Source of the DNA: an uncultured Anaerolineaceae bacterium
GTDB lineage: Bacteria > Chloroflexota > Anaerolineae > Anaerolineales > DRMV01
NCBI GenBank assembly: GCA_964450875.1
Contig: CAYVHG010000082.1
Coordinates: 1-41,667, forward strand
Direction of reading: 5' to 3'
Length of the DNA stretch: 41,667 nucleotides
Numbering within the stretch: position 1 is the stretch's first letter; the number at the start of each line of letters is the position of its first letter. The notes under the pieces were generated by a model. That model was given only the letters and a program-made list of their open reading frames with translations, had not been told where the DNA came from and made no database searches. The translations under genes were made by a program, and so were the position numbers. This document shows, in pieces, positions 32,484 to 41,270 of this stretch.

Positions 32484-34094
32484 ATGGCGAAGTTCAAGAA
32501 CGGTTATGAAGGGGTGGCGTGGTTGAAGCGCCAATGGCCGTGGTGGACAGCAGGTGTGCTCACGGCCACTGCTGAAATCATCAACTTTCTCTTTTTGCCT
32601 TTGGGGCATCCCAAGCACAAGTTCGTGGGGGTTACCAGTGGTATGGCCCGCATGTTGGCAGGGGTGGAAAGCACCCTCTTTGGCGGTAGCCTGATTGCGA
32701 CCAAGCCCGATTATCAACCCTCCATTCAGTGGGTGATCATCGGTGCGATGGTCGCGGCGCTGGCTTTTGCCTGGCTGGAAGGCGAGTTCCGCTCGTGGGC
32801 GAAGTACCCCAAGAAGGGGCTCTTTTTCGTCGCGTTGGGCGCTTTTCTGTTTGCGTGGGGCACTCGCGTGGCTGGCGGCTGCACGCTGCATCACCTGTTG
32901 GGCGGCTTTGCTGCAATGAACCTCAAAAGCTGGGTCGTGATGACCTCGGCCACCGTTGGCGCCCTGGTAGGGTTTGTGGTGTTGCGCAACCTCAACCTCT
33001 CGCAATATTTCAAGAGCCAGGAAACCCTTTGGTTCACTTTGGAGGCCGCCAAGCGGGGCTGGGCCGATGGCTTGACGGCTTCTGAAGACGTGAAAGATTC
33101 CAAGGGCCTGCGCTATGCGCTCTATGTCATTTTGGGCGTCATCGTGGTGGTCGTGCTCTACAACGCCTTTGCCGGCAACGGCTATGCCTTGAAGATGGGC
33201 TGGGCCGACAGCATCGAGAAGACCAAGATCTACGGCAGCATGCTCATTGGCAAGAATTTGGGCAACATTTTCATGCTGGTGGTGGTCGGGATGCTGCTGG
33301 GTACTTCGGTTGCCAAGACCGGTTTCGGCACCGAGTGCGGCCTGATCAACCCCGAGCTGGGGCGGGAAGTGGAAAAGGGCGAAATACAATCGGCCCGCCG
33401 CTGGCGCATTCCCTACTCGCTGCGCACAGTGTTCGTTTCGTTCCAGCCTTTCTCGGCGCTGAGTTTGCACATCTTCCTCACCGGCTTGGTGATGTTCATC
33501 GCTTTTGCCTTCTTCGGCATCATGGAAGGCCACCACTGGGCGACCGAGGCCTTTGCTGCCACTTACGTTGGCCCTGAGTTCCACACTGTGGGCATTAGCG
33601 CTCACAGCATCCGGGTCCAGACCACGCTGCCGATGGATATTTTCGGCGGCTTGTTGCTGGGGCTGGGCACGATTTTCATGATTGGGTGCGAATTCCGCAA
33701 CTACGGCCGCACCGGCCTGCTTTACATCACGGGCTTGTTGATTTGGCCGTTCTTCTATGTGGGCTATTTGCCCTACACGCTGGCGCGCAATTTCTGGGAT
33801 GGCCTGATGGCGAGCATGCCCTATGCGCCGACCACCTTCGTGCCCGCGCTGCTGGCGCCGCACAGCCACGCGTTGCAGGTGCTAATCTATGCGCTGTATC
33901 TGGCGTTTTGGCTCTACATGTTCTTCTGGGCCGTGCGCCGCGGCGCCCGCAACGTCGGCGTGAAGCCCAGCGAGATCGTCAAGATGTCCTCGGAGGACAT
34001 GTGCCTCTCTCGGTTGGAGAAGCTGGAAGCCGAAGGCCGAATGGAAGAAATCGACCGGCTGGAGAAGGAACTCTACGAGATGGCTCAGAAGTAG
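32484..34094 (+). CDS. YeeE/YedE-family (sulfur-compound transport, PF04143-like) membrane protein, unusually long, with C-terminal coiled-coil tail
   Basis: 536 aa from ATG 32484. Multi-pass membrane protein with three Cys-containing re-entrant-type motifs (...WGTRVAGGCTLHHLLGG..., ...KTGFGTECGLI..., ...IFMIGCEFRNYGRTG...) like YeeE/TsuA. Soluble tail ...MSSEDMCLSRLEKLEAEGRMEEIDRLEKELYEMAQK. GC is lower (~50-60% in counted lines) than the window average. Confidence 0.8.
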   Translation: MAKFKNGYEGVAWLKRQWPWWTAGVLTATAEIINFLFLPLGHPKHKFVGVTSGMARMLAGVESTLFGGSLIATKPDYQPSIQWVIIGAMVAALAFAWLEGEFRSWAKYPKKGLFFVALGAFLFAWGTRVAGGCTLHHLLGGFAAMNLKSWVVMTSATVGALVGFVVLRNLNLSQYFKSQETLWFTLEAAKRGWADGLTASEDVKDSKGLRYALYVILGVIVVVVLYNAFAGNGYALKMGWADSIEKTKIYGSMLIGKNLGNIFMLVVVGMLLGTSVAKTGFGTECGLINPELGREVEKGEIQSARRWRIPYSLRTVFVSFQPFSALSLHIFLTGLVMFIAFAFFGIMEGHHWATEAFAATYVGPEFHTVGISAHSIRVQTTLPMDIFGGLLLGLGTIFMIGCEFRNYGRTGLLYITGLLIWPFFYVGYLPYTLARNFWDGLMASMPYAPTTFVPALLAPHSHALQVLIYALYLAFWLYMFFWAVRRGARNVGVKPSEIVKMSSEDMCLSRLEKLEAEGRMEEIDRLEKELYEMAQK

Positions 34095-34125
34095 GCTGCC
34101 TGACGATGCCAGGACGGGAAGCCTT

Positions 34126-34159
34126 GCGTGGGGGCGGGAGATTCTCCCGCCCCTCACGC
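34126..34159 (+). terminator. Strong GC hairpin after the YeeE-like gene (possible terminator, weak U-tract)
   Basis: GCGTGGGGGCGGGAG (34126-34140) / CTCCCGCCCC-T-CACGC (34144-34159): 15 bp with one bulge and a 3-nt loop, followed by GTTGTTG rather than a clean T-run. Confidence 0.45.
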
Positions 34160-34203
34160 GTTGTTGCGGGTACAATTAGCATATCTCTGGGAAGGAGGTC
34201 AGG

Positions 34204-34710
34204 ATGGCCAAGAAACGCAGGAAAGCGGCTGTTGCCCGCCGTCCTCGCCTTGCCGCTTGCCGCGGTGGGTTGGCGGCTGGCTTGGTGCTGGCGGTGGTGT
34301 ACGCGGTGTTGATGATGAGCATCACGGTGTGGGGGTGGGGAGGTTTAGGCCAAGGGGCGCTGGTGGTGTGGGGTGCGGCTCAGGCCGTGCTGGCGTATGG
34401 GGTGTTTTGCCTTTACCGCCGCCAGCGGGCGGCTCGTTGGGGCGCGGTGGCCGCGGTGCTGGCGATGAGTGCGGTGTTTACTTTTGTGCCCCCTTCGCCT
34501 TTTTTGGGCGCGGCCTTTCAGGCGCTGGCGCTGGCCGGGTTTAGCCTGGTGTTGTATGATTTGCAGAAGGTGCTCGGCGTCCCGATGATGTTGCCCGGCG
34601 GGCTGATTTTCCTTTCGGTGATTGCCAGTTTGTTGAATTCCCCGCTGATGGCTTTCGCGGGGTTGGCGCTCCTGGCTTTGGGGAGTGCGTTGGCTTTGAC
34701 CCGACTTTGA
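34204..34710 (+). CDS. Hypothetical multi-pass membrane protein
   Basis: 168 aa. GGAGG RBS at 34194-34198, basic N-terminus (MAKKRRKAAVARRPR), then 4-5 hydrophobic segments. No recognisable motif. Confidence 0.65.
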   Translation: MAKKRRKAAVARRPRLAACRGGLAAGLVLAVVYAVLMMSITVWGWGGLGQGALVVWGAAQAVLAYGVFCLYRRQRAARWGAVAAVLAMSAVFTFVPPSPFLGAAFQALALAGFSLVLYDLQKVLGVPMMLPGGLIFLSVIASLLNSPLMAFAGLALLALGSALALTRL

Positions 34711-34735
34711 GGGGCTTGTGCTCCAGGAGGTGCCT

Positions 34736-35692
34736 ATGCGCGGCCTGTGGCTGGAAGACCGAACGCTGACTTATCGCTCTGATTTGCCTCTGCCCGACCC
34801 GCCGCCCGGCGAGGCTTTGTTGCGGGTGCGGCTGGCAGGGATTTGCGCCACAGACCTGGAGATGGTGAAAGGTTACTATCCCTTCACCGGCGTGCCGGGG
34901 CATGAGTTCGTGGCCGAGGTGGTGCGGGCCCCCGATGCCCCCGCGTGGGAAGGCCGCCGCGTGGTGGGCGAAATCAATGCGGTGTGCGGCCATTGCGCCC
35001 AGTGCCTCGCTGGCCGTCCCACCCACTGCGAAAACCGCACGGTCTTGGGTATTTTGGGACGTGATGGCGTGTTTGCCGAATATACCACCCTGCCGGTTGC
35101 CAACCTGCACCCTGTGCCCGACGAAGTGCCCGATGAAATGGCGGTGTTCACCGAACCCCTGGCGGCCGCGCTCGAAGTTCAGCAGCAAGTGCACATTCGC
35201 CCCGACGATAGCGTGCTGGTGGTCGGCGCAGGGCGGTTGGGGCAGTTGGTTGCCTGGACTTTGGCGCGCACCGGCGCGGCAGTGTTCGCGGTGGTGCGCC
35301 ACGAGCGCCAGCGGGCGCTGCTGCAGCCTTACGGCGTCACCCCCTTGCGGGAAGACGAGGTGCCGCATTGGGGCATGGACGTGGTGGTGGAAGCCACCGG
35401 CTCGCCCCAAGGCTTTGCGTTGGCCAAGGAAGCCGTTCACCCGCGCGGCACGTTGGTGCTCAAGAGCACCTACGCCGGCACGCCGCGCATTCCCATGTCG
35501 GCGTTGGTGGTGGACGAGGTGCACGTCGTGGGTTCCCGCTGCGGCCCCTTTGCCCCCGCGCTGCGGTTGCTGGCGAGCGGCTGCCTGGACCCCCGGCCGC
35601 TCATCGACGCCCGTTACCCCCTCGCCGACGGCCTGGAGGCCTTTGCCCACGCCGCGCGGCGGGGGGTGTTCAAGGTGCTGCTGCAGCCGTAG
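34736..35692 (+). CDS. Zinc-dependent alcohol dehydrogenase family (MDR) oxidoreductase
   Basis: ...GICATDLEMVKG...GHEFVAEV..., structural-Zn motif CGHCAQCLAGRPTHC, Rossmann VLVVGAGRLGQL. Start at ATG 34736 (AGGAGG 5 nt upstream) rather than GTG 34718. Confidence 0.9.
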   Translation: MRGLWLEDRTLTYRSDLPLPDPPPGEALLRVRLAGICATDLEMVKGYYPFTGVPGHEFVAEVVRAPDAPAWEGRRVVGEINAVCGHCAQCLAGRPTHCENRTVLGILGRDGVFAEYTTLPVANLHPVPDEVPDEMAVFTEPLAAALEVQQQVHIRPDDSVLVVGAGRLGQLVAWTLARTGAAVFAVVRHERQRALLQPYGVTPLREDEVPHWGMDVVVEATGSPQGFALAKEAVHPRGTLVLKSTYAGTPRIPMSALVVDEVHVVGSRCGPFAPALRLLASGCLDPRPLIDARYPLADGLEAFAHAARRGVFKVLLQP

Positions 35693-36590
35693 GCGGCGCG
35701 GCTGCGGGGCGTTCCAATTGCACCAGCACCATGCCCAGCAGAATCAGGGCGCTGCCGCCCACCTGCACCCCTGTGAGGTGTTCCCCCAACAGCACGGCAG
35801 CCATGGCCGCGGTCATCACGGGTTCCAACGTCGCCAGCAGGTTGACCACGCTCGCTTCCAAAAAGGCGAGCGCCGCGTTGTAGGCCACGAACCCCAACAA
35901 CGTGGGAAAGAGCGCCAGCACTACCAACAGCCCCCAGCCGAGGAGGGAAATGTGGGGCACCCAGATGGCGCTTTCGAGGGCTGCATTGAAGCCCCCTAAC
36001 AGCACCGACGCCACCCCAAAAGCCCAAAAGAGCGTGCCCCACGGGTCGAGCCCGCGGCGAGAGGCTGCACGCCCGCCCAAACTGTATGCCGCGAACATCA
36101 GCCCGGAAGCCAGCCCCAACGCCAACCCCCCGGCGTAAAGATGCCACTGCGCAGGCGTGTAAGCGCCCGATACCAGCACGCAGCCCCCCAGGCTGAGGAC
36201 CACCGCCAGCATTTTGGGGATGCCCAGGCTTTCGTGAAAAAGCCAACGGCCCAGCAAGGCGGTGAAGCCGGCCGAACTGTAAAGCAGCACCGTGGCTACC
36301 GCGGCGCCGTTGGCCTGTACCGAAAAAATCCACACCGCGTTGAATAGTGCCAACACCAGCCCGTAGCCTGCCAGGAAGCCCCCATGCCCCGCGGGAAAGC
36401 GCAGCCGTTCCGGAGCAAAAACGGCCAGCCCGACCCCCAACCCTGCCGAAATCAGCAAGTTTCGCCACCAAGCCAGCAGCATGGGCGGCATGGCTTCGTC
36501 GGCCACGAGGTAGCGGATGAGGATGCCCGTCGTGGCCCAGAGGGTGATGGCGGTGAGGGCGGCGAGGTAGCCTTTGGCGCGCGGGCTCAT
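35670..36590 (-). CDS. EamA/DMT-family transporter
   Basis: 306 aa from ATG 36590 (MSPRAKGYLAALTAITLWATTGILIRYL...), 10 TM segments in two EamA repeats. ATGA overlap with the upstream menH stop. The 3' end overlaps the convergent ADH gene by 23 nt. Confidence 0.88.
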   Translation of the reverse strand: MSPRAKGYLAALTAITLWATTGILIRYLVADEAMPPMLLAWWRNLLISAGLGVGLAVFAPERLRFPAGHGGFLAGYGLVLALFNAVWIFSVQANGAAVATVLLYSSAGFTALLGRWLFHESLGIPKMLAVVLSLGGCVLVSGAYTPAQWHLYAGGLALGLASGLMFAAYSLGGRAASRRGLDPWGTLFWAFGVASVLLGGFNAALESAIWVPHISLLGWGLLVVLALFPTLLGFVAYNAALAFLEASVVNLLATLEPVMTAAMAAVLLGEHLTGVQVGGSALILLGMVLVQLERPAAAPPTAAAAP

Positions 36591-37378
36591 GGGCTTTTGG
36601 GGGCGTGGGGGGGAAGGGGCAGGAAAGCGGCCAGGAAAGCGGCCAGGATGTCGGCCAGCGCTTGGGGGGCATCCAGCGGCACCATGTGGGCGGCCTGGGG
36701 GATGAGGAAGCGCTGCACCTGCGGCGCGCGCTGGGCGACGGTAGCTGCCAGCGCGGCATATTTGGCGTCGGCAGCCCCGGCAATGTAGGCCACGGGAAAG
36801 GGCAAGCGGGCGAGGGCTTCCCAAAGCGGCGGCTGCCGCCCGGGGCTCATTTCGGCGACCACGCGGGCCATGGCCTCGGCCTGCTGCTGGCTGCGGCGGG
36901 CAACGAGCGCCTGGCGTTGGGCTTCGGCGGTCACGCCGAACAACGGCAGCCGATACCACGTTTCCAGGAAGGCCGCCAACCCGCGGCTGCGGATGGCCTC
37001 GGCGCGCGCGCTATCTTCGCGGCGGCGCGCCTGGCGTTGGGCTGCGTTGGTGAGCCCCGGATGGGCCGAAACCAGCGCGAGGGCGCGCACCCGTTGGGGA
37101 AAGGCCGCTGCGAAGGCCAGCGCCACCCGCCCGCCGAGGGAATAGCCCACCACCGCCCCCGTTGCGATGTGGCGGGCATCCAGCCAGTCGGCCAGCCACT
37201 GCACCCAGGCGGCGTAAGATTGGACGCCGGCAGTGAGGGGCGTTCCGCCGTGGCCGGGCAAGTCGGGGGTGAGGCAGCGGGCGTGGCCTTCCAGCGCGGC
37301 CGCGACGGCGGCCCAATCGCGGCCGGTGCCCAGGAAACCGTGCAGGCAGAGCAGCGTCGGAAGCGGGGCAGTGGTCAA
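36587..37378 (-). CDS. menH: 2-succinyl-6-hydroxy-2,4-cyclohexadiene-1-carboxylate synthase-like alpha/beta hydrolase (MenH-like)
   Basis: Block-by-block resemblance to E. coli MenH: ...LLCLHGFLGTGRDW..., ...PDLPGHGG..., ...VVGYSLGGRVAL..., ...HPGLTNAAQRQARRREDSARA..., ...ETWYRLPLF..., ...RRSQQ...MARVVAEMSPGRQPPLW... No ATG is present. TTG 37378 overlaps the ATPase TGA. GTG 37393 is an alternative start. Confidence 0.75.
   Translation of the reverse strand: MTTAPLPTLLCLHGFLGTGRDWAAVAAALEGHARCLTPDLPGHGGTPLTAGVQSYAAWVQWLADWLDARHIATGAVVGYSLGGRVALAFAAAFPQRVRALALVSAHPGLTNAAQRQARRREDSARAEAIRSRGLAAFLETWYRLPLFGVTAEAQRQALVARRSQQQAEAMARVVAEMSPGRQPPLWEALARLPFPVAYIAGAADAKYAALAATVAQRAPQVQRFLIPQAAHMVPLDAPQALADILAAFLAAFLPLPPHAPKSP
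36620..36648 (-). repeat. In-frame 12-nt tandem duplication (CAGGAAAGCGGC x 2.4 on the plus strand) in the menH 3' end
   Basis: 36620-36631 and 36632-36643 are identical and 36644-36648 repeats the first 5 nt. This encodes ...LAAFLAAFL... at the MenH C-terminus. Confidence 0.6.
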
Positions 37379-40158
37379 TGCTTTTCTCGCCACCGCAGGT
37401 AGGTTTTGGTGAGCTCCGCGGCAATCGCAGGCAGCGCCAGCAGCGGCAGCATCCACCGCCACTGCGCCCACCCCAGCGGCACGGCATTGAACACGGTGTT
37501 CAGACCGGGCACGTAGATGACCGCCAGCAGCAACAGCGCCGAGGTCAGGAAGGCCAAGTTCATCGAGCGGTTGCTGAACAGCCCGATTTTGAGGATGGGG
37601 TAGCGTTCCGAGCGGGCAGTGAAGGCCCGCAGCAGCTCCGAGAACGAGAGGGTGGCAAAGGCCATCGTTTCGGCGAATTCGGGCTGGTGGGGGTGGACGT
37701 GCAACCCGATGGCATAAGCGCCCAAAGTGACCGCGGTGATGGCGATGGTTTGGATGGTGATGCCCAGCCACATGGACTTGTTGATGATGGGCTCATCGGG
37801 CGGGCGGGGCGGGCGGTCCATAGTGTCGGGGTCGCCCTTTTCCACGCCCAAGGCCAAGGCGGGCGCGCCGTCGGTAATCAGGTTGAGCCAGAGCAGTTGA
37901 ATTGCGGTCAGCGGGGAAGGCAGCCCGGCCAGCGTGGCGAGGAAGATGACCGCGATTTCGGCCAGATTGCACGAGAGCAAATAATACACGAATTTGCGGA
38001 TGTTGCTGTAAATCACCCGCCCTTGCTCGATGGCGGCCACGATGCTGGCGTAGTTGTCGTCGGTGAGCACCATGTCGGCGGTTTCTTTGGCTACGTCGGT
38101 GCCGGTGATGCCCATCGCGATGCCGATGTCGGCCTTCTTGATGGCCGGGGCGTCGTTGACGCCGTCGCCTGTCATGGCCACCACTTCGCCGTCGGCTTGC
38201 AGGGCTTCCACCAGCCGGAGCTTGTGCTCAGGCGAAACGCGGGCGAAGACGTCGGTTTCTTCTACGGCTTGCGGCCAGGCTTCGGCAGGCAGGGCGTCGA
38301 GCTGGGCGCCGGTGAGCACTTTGTGGCCGGGGCGCAGCAGGCCGATGCGCTCGGCGATGGCGCGGGCGGTGTTGGGGTAGTCGCCGGTGATCATCACCGT
38401 GCGGATGCCCGCGTGTTGCGCCTTTGCCAGCGCCGGAATCACTTCGGGGCGCGGCGGGTCGATCATCCCAAACAAGCCGACGAAAATGAGGTCGCGTTCG
38501 ATGGCGTCGGGGTCGAGGTCTTCCGGCAGCTCGGGGATGACTTTGTAAGCCACGGCCAGCACCCGCAGCGCTTCGCCGGTGAGCGCGTCGTTCGCGCGGA
38601 GAATGGCTTCCCGCATCGGCGCGGTGAGGGGTTCGGAAACGTCGTCCAGCCGCTGGTAGCGGCTGCAGAGTTCCAACACCACATCGGGCGCACCTTTGAC
38701 GGTGACCGCGTAGCCGTGGACTTCTGCGTCTGTGAAGGGCGAGGCGTCTTCGGGGTGGGGGTCGCGGATGGCGTGGATGGTGACCATGCGTTTGCGCGCG
38801 GAGTCGAAGGGGATTTCCTGGACGCGCGGGTAGTCTTCTTCGAGGGCTTCCTTGAAGGCCCCTGCCTTGGCCGCTGCGACCACCAGCGCGCCTTCGGTGG
38901 GGTCGCCGACCACCCGAAAGGTCTGGCGCATGTCGGAAGCGCCGGAGGTTTCCAGCAGGGCGTCGTTGTTCAGCGCGGCGATCCACAGCGCGGTGGTCAG
39001 GGCTGGGTATTCCCACGGCGCGACGGGTTTGCCTTCCAGGAGGAACTCGCCTTCGGGGGCGTAGCCGTGGCCGGTGATTTCGAACGTGCGGCCATCCACC
39101 CAAAGGCGGGTGGCGGTCATTTCGTTTTGGGTAAGGGTGCCGGTTTTGTCGGAGCAGATGACCGTGGTGGAGCCCAAGGTTTCCACCGAGGCCAAGCGGC
39201 GGATGAGCGCGTGGCGCTTGACCATTTCGCGCATCCCCAGCGCCAGGCTGATGGTCACCACCGCGGGCAGGCCTTCGGGCACGGCGGCGATGGCCAGGCT
39301 GACGGCAATTAGGAACATATCCAGCGGGTTGAAGCCGCGTGCCCACCCAACGACGAACACCAGCCCGCACACGGCCAGCGCGCCCCAGCCCAACGTCCGC
39401 CCTAACTCGTCGAGGCGTTTTTGCAGCGGGGTGGGTTCGATTTCGACCGCGTGGAGCATCTGGGCGATCATGCCCAACTGGGTGCGCATGCCGGTGCTCA
39501 CCACCACCCCGCGCCCTCGGCCGTAGGAAACCACGGTGCCCATGAAGGCCATGTTCTTCTGGTCGCCCACGGGCACGTTGTCGCGGATGACGATGGTGGC
39601 GTCTTTGGTGACGGGGGAAGATTCGCCCGTGAGCGCGGATTCGTCGATGCGCAGGTTGATGGATTCCAGCAGGCGCACGTCGGCCGGAACGTAGTTGCCC
39701 GCTTCCAGCAGCACGATGTCGCCGGGGACGATGTCGCGCGCCGGCACCACTTGCCGACGTCCGTCGCGCATCACGTGGGCTTCGGGTGCGGCCATTTGCC
39801 GCAGTTTGGCCAGCGCTTGCTCGGCGCGCGATTCCTGCACCAGCCCCAGCACCGCGTTGAGGATGACGATGGCCATGATTGCGGCGGCTTCCACCCAGTC
39901 GCCCAGGGCAGCGGAAACCACCGCTGCCACGATGAGCAGCCAGACCACGAAGTTGTTGAACTGATCCCACAGTTTGGCCCAGAACGAGGACGGCGGGGCT
40001 TCGGCAAGCTGGTTGGGGCCGTAGCGTTCCAGGCGTTGGCGGGCTTCGTCGGTGGTCAGGCCTTGGGGCGAAGTGGCAAGGTGGCGCAACGCGGCGTCGG
40101 CGTCCAGCGCGCGCCAGGTTTCTTCGGCAGGGGTGTTGTCGGGGGAAAGTGAGGGCAT
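37375..40158 (-). CDS. P-type ATPase, P2A (SERCA/YloB-like) calcium-translocating
   Basis: 927 aa. ...TGES.PV.K..., DKTGTLTQN, ...KGAPD..., ...MITGD..., ...VAMTGDGVNDAPA.K.ADIG.AMG.TGT.VAKE..., and the M4 motif ...VAAVPEGLPAVVTISLALG... typical of Ca2+ pumps. Confidence 0.95.
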   Translation of the reverse strand: MPSLSPDNTPAEETWRALDADAALRHLATSPQGLTTDEARQRLERYGPNQLAEAPPSSFWAKLWDQFNNFVVWLLIVAAVVSAALGDWVEAAAIMAIVILNAVLGLVQESRAEQALAKLRQMAAPEAHVMRDGRRQVVPARDIVPGDIVLLEAGNYVPADVRLLESINLRIDESALTGESSPVTKDATIVIRDNVPVGDQKNMAFMGTVVSYGRGRGVVVSTGMRTQLGMIAQMLHAVEIEPTPLQKRLDELGRTLGWGALAVCGLVFVVGWARGFNPLDMFLIAVSLAIAAVPEGLPAVVTISLALGMREMVKRHALIRRLASVETLGSTTVICSDKTGTLTQNEMTATRLWVDGRTFEITGHGYAPEGEFLLEGKPVAPWEYPALTTALWIAALNNDALLETSGASDMRQTFRVVGDPTEGALVVAAAKAGAFKEALEEDYPRVQEIPFDSARKRMVTIHAIRDPHPEDASPFTDAEVHGYAVTVKGAPDVVLELCSRYQRLDDVSEPLTAPMREAILRANDALTGEALRVLAVAYKVIPELPEDLDPDAIERDLIFVGLFGMIDPPRPEVIPALAKAQHAGIRTVMITGDYPNTARAIAERIGLLRPGHKVLTGAQLDALPAEAWPQAVEETDVFARVSPEHKLRLVEALQADGEVVAMTGDGVNDAPAIKKADIGIAMGITGTDVAKETADMVLTDDNYASIVAAIEQGRVIYSNIRKFVYYLLSCNLAEIAVIFLATLAGLPSPLTAIQLLWLNLITDGAPALALGVEKGDPDTMDRPPRPPDEPIINKSMWLGITIQTIAITAVTLGAYAIGLHVHPHQPEFAETMAFATLSFSELLRAFTARSERYPILKIGLFSNRSMNLAFLTSALLLLAVIYVPGLNTVFNAVPLGWAQWRWMLPLLALPAIAAELTKTYLRWREKH

Positions 40159-40246
40159 GGGGCGCTCCGATGTTCGTCAGGGGTGGGGCAGGGGAAACCG
40201 CTCGGCGAGGGGAAAGCCCCCCGCCGCACGGGCTGCGCAGGCCCGC

Positions 40247-41236
40247 TTAGGGGGTGAGGGTCAGCGGGATGCTGTTGAGATAGAGCACGCCGGAAGGCGT
40301 GGTGGCGTTTTCGCGCACCACCAGCCGCACGCGTGTGGTCTCGGTCACGTGGTAGGAGATGTGGAAGGCGAAGGGGGCATAGCCGTCGGCGTCGGCGGTG
40401 CCCAAGGGCGCTGCTTGGTAGGCGAGCACTTTACCGGCCGTGTTGACCAGCAAGGCTTCCACCGCGTTGGCGCCCCGCAACGCTTTGCCGACCACCGCTA
40501 CTTGCCCCCCCGCGATGGTTTGGTGTGAAATCGGGGTTTGGAACAAGATGGGGCTGCGGTCGGCGGCGTGATAGTTGATTTGTGGCTGCCCTTCTTTGAG
40601 CAGGGTCAGCTGGATGGCGTTTTGGAAGAGCGGACGGCCATAAGCGTCGTTGGCGAGCACTTGCAGGCGGCCTGTTTCGGCTTCGCCCCGCACTTCGAAG
40701 GGAATTTCGAGGGCAAAAGTGAGCAGTCCGTGGGGCGGTTGCTCTTCGCCCAAGCGCAGCAGGCGGCGGTAAAGCAGGCGGCCATCTTCGCCCAGCAGTT
40801 CGACCCGCACGGCGTCGGTGTGGTTGGTCTGCACGGCCAGCCGCAGCCGGATGGGCGAGGTCACTCGCGAGTTGGCGCCGGGGTAGAGGATCTGGAGGAT
40901 GCCGTAGCCTGTGCCTGGGATGCTGGGCAGAGGCTGGGGCGTGGGGGTGATGGTCGGCAGTTCGAAGGGGCAGGGGGTGGGGGTGGGGCTGCCTGCGGGC
41001 AGGGGGGGCGTGGGCGAGGGTGAGGCGGTGGGGGAAGGCGCGGCTGCGGTGGCGGTGGCCGGAGGGGTCGGGGAAGCCAGCGCCCGGGCGGTCAAGGCGA
41101 TGACGGTGGGCAGGGCGTCGGCAGGGAGGGGCGTGGGCAGCGGCGGGGCTTCCAGCGCGGCCGGGGTGCAGCCGCTCAGCATAACGGCCAGCAGCAAGGC
41201 GGCGATGACCAGGAAGCGATGCGCGCGAGAGGGCAT
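40247..41236 (-). CDS. Lipoprotein with Pro/Thr linker and two Ig-like (Gmad2/GerMN-like) domains
   Basis: MPSRAHRFLVIAALLLAVMLSGC (L-S-G-C lipobox), an ~80-aa P/T/A-rich linker, then two beta-sandwich-like repeats (...ILYPGANSRVTSPIRLRL... and ...FQTPISHQTIAGGQVAVVGKAL...APFAFHISY...). The domain naming is tentative. Confidence 0.8.
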   Translation of the reverse strand: MPSRAHRFLVIAALLLAVMLSGCTPAALEAPPLPTPLPADALPTVIALTARALASPTPPATATAAAPSPTASPSPTPPLPAGSPTPTPCPFELPTITPTPQPLPSIPGTGYGILQILYPGANSRVTSPIRLRLAVQTNHTDAVRVELLGEDGRLLYRRLLRLGEEQPPHGLLTFALEIPFEVRGEAETGRLQVLANDAYGRPLFQNAIQLTLLKEGQPQINYHAADRSPILFQTPISHQTIAGGQVAVVGKALRGANAVEALLVNTAGKVLAYQAAPLGTADADGYAPFAFHISYHVTETTRVRLVVRENATTPSGVLYLNSIPLTLTP

Positions 41237-41270
41237 GGCAGGCTCCGAAAGGGCGAGGTGCCCGCGGCGT

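Noticed and set aside
34095-34203. Possible small RNA (e.g. SRP-like: CCAGGACGGGAAGCC) between the YeeE-like gene and the next ORF
   Set aside because: Apart from one strong hairpin (34126-34159), the sequence does not fold into the long SRP helix or contain the conserved GGAA/AGCA symmetric-loop motif. It is better explained as a terminator plus the promoter/RBS of the next gene.
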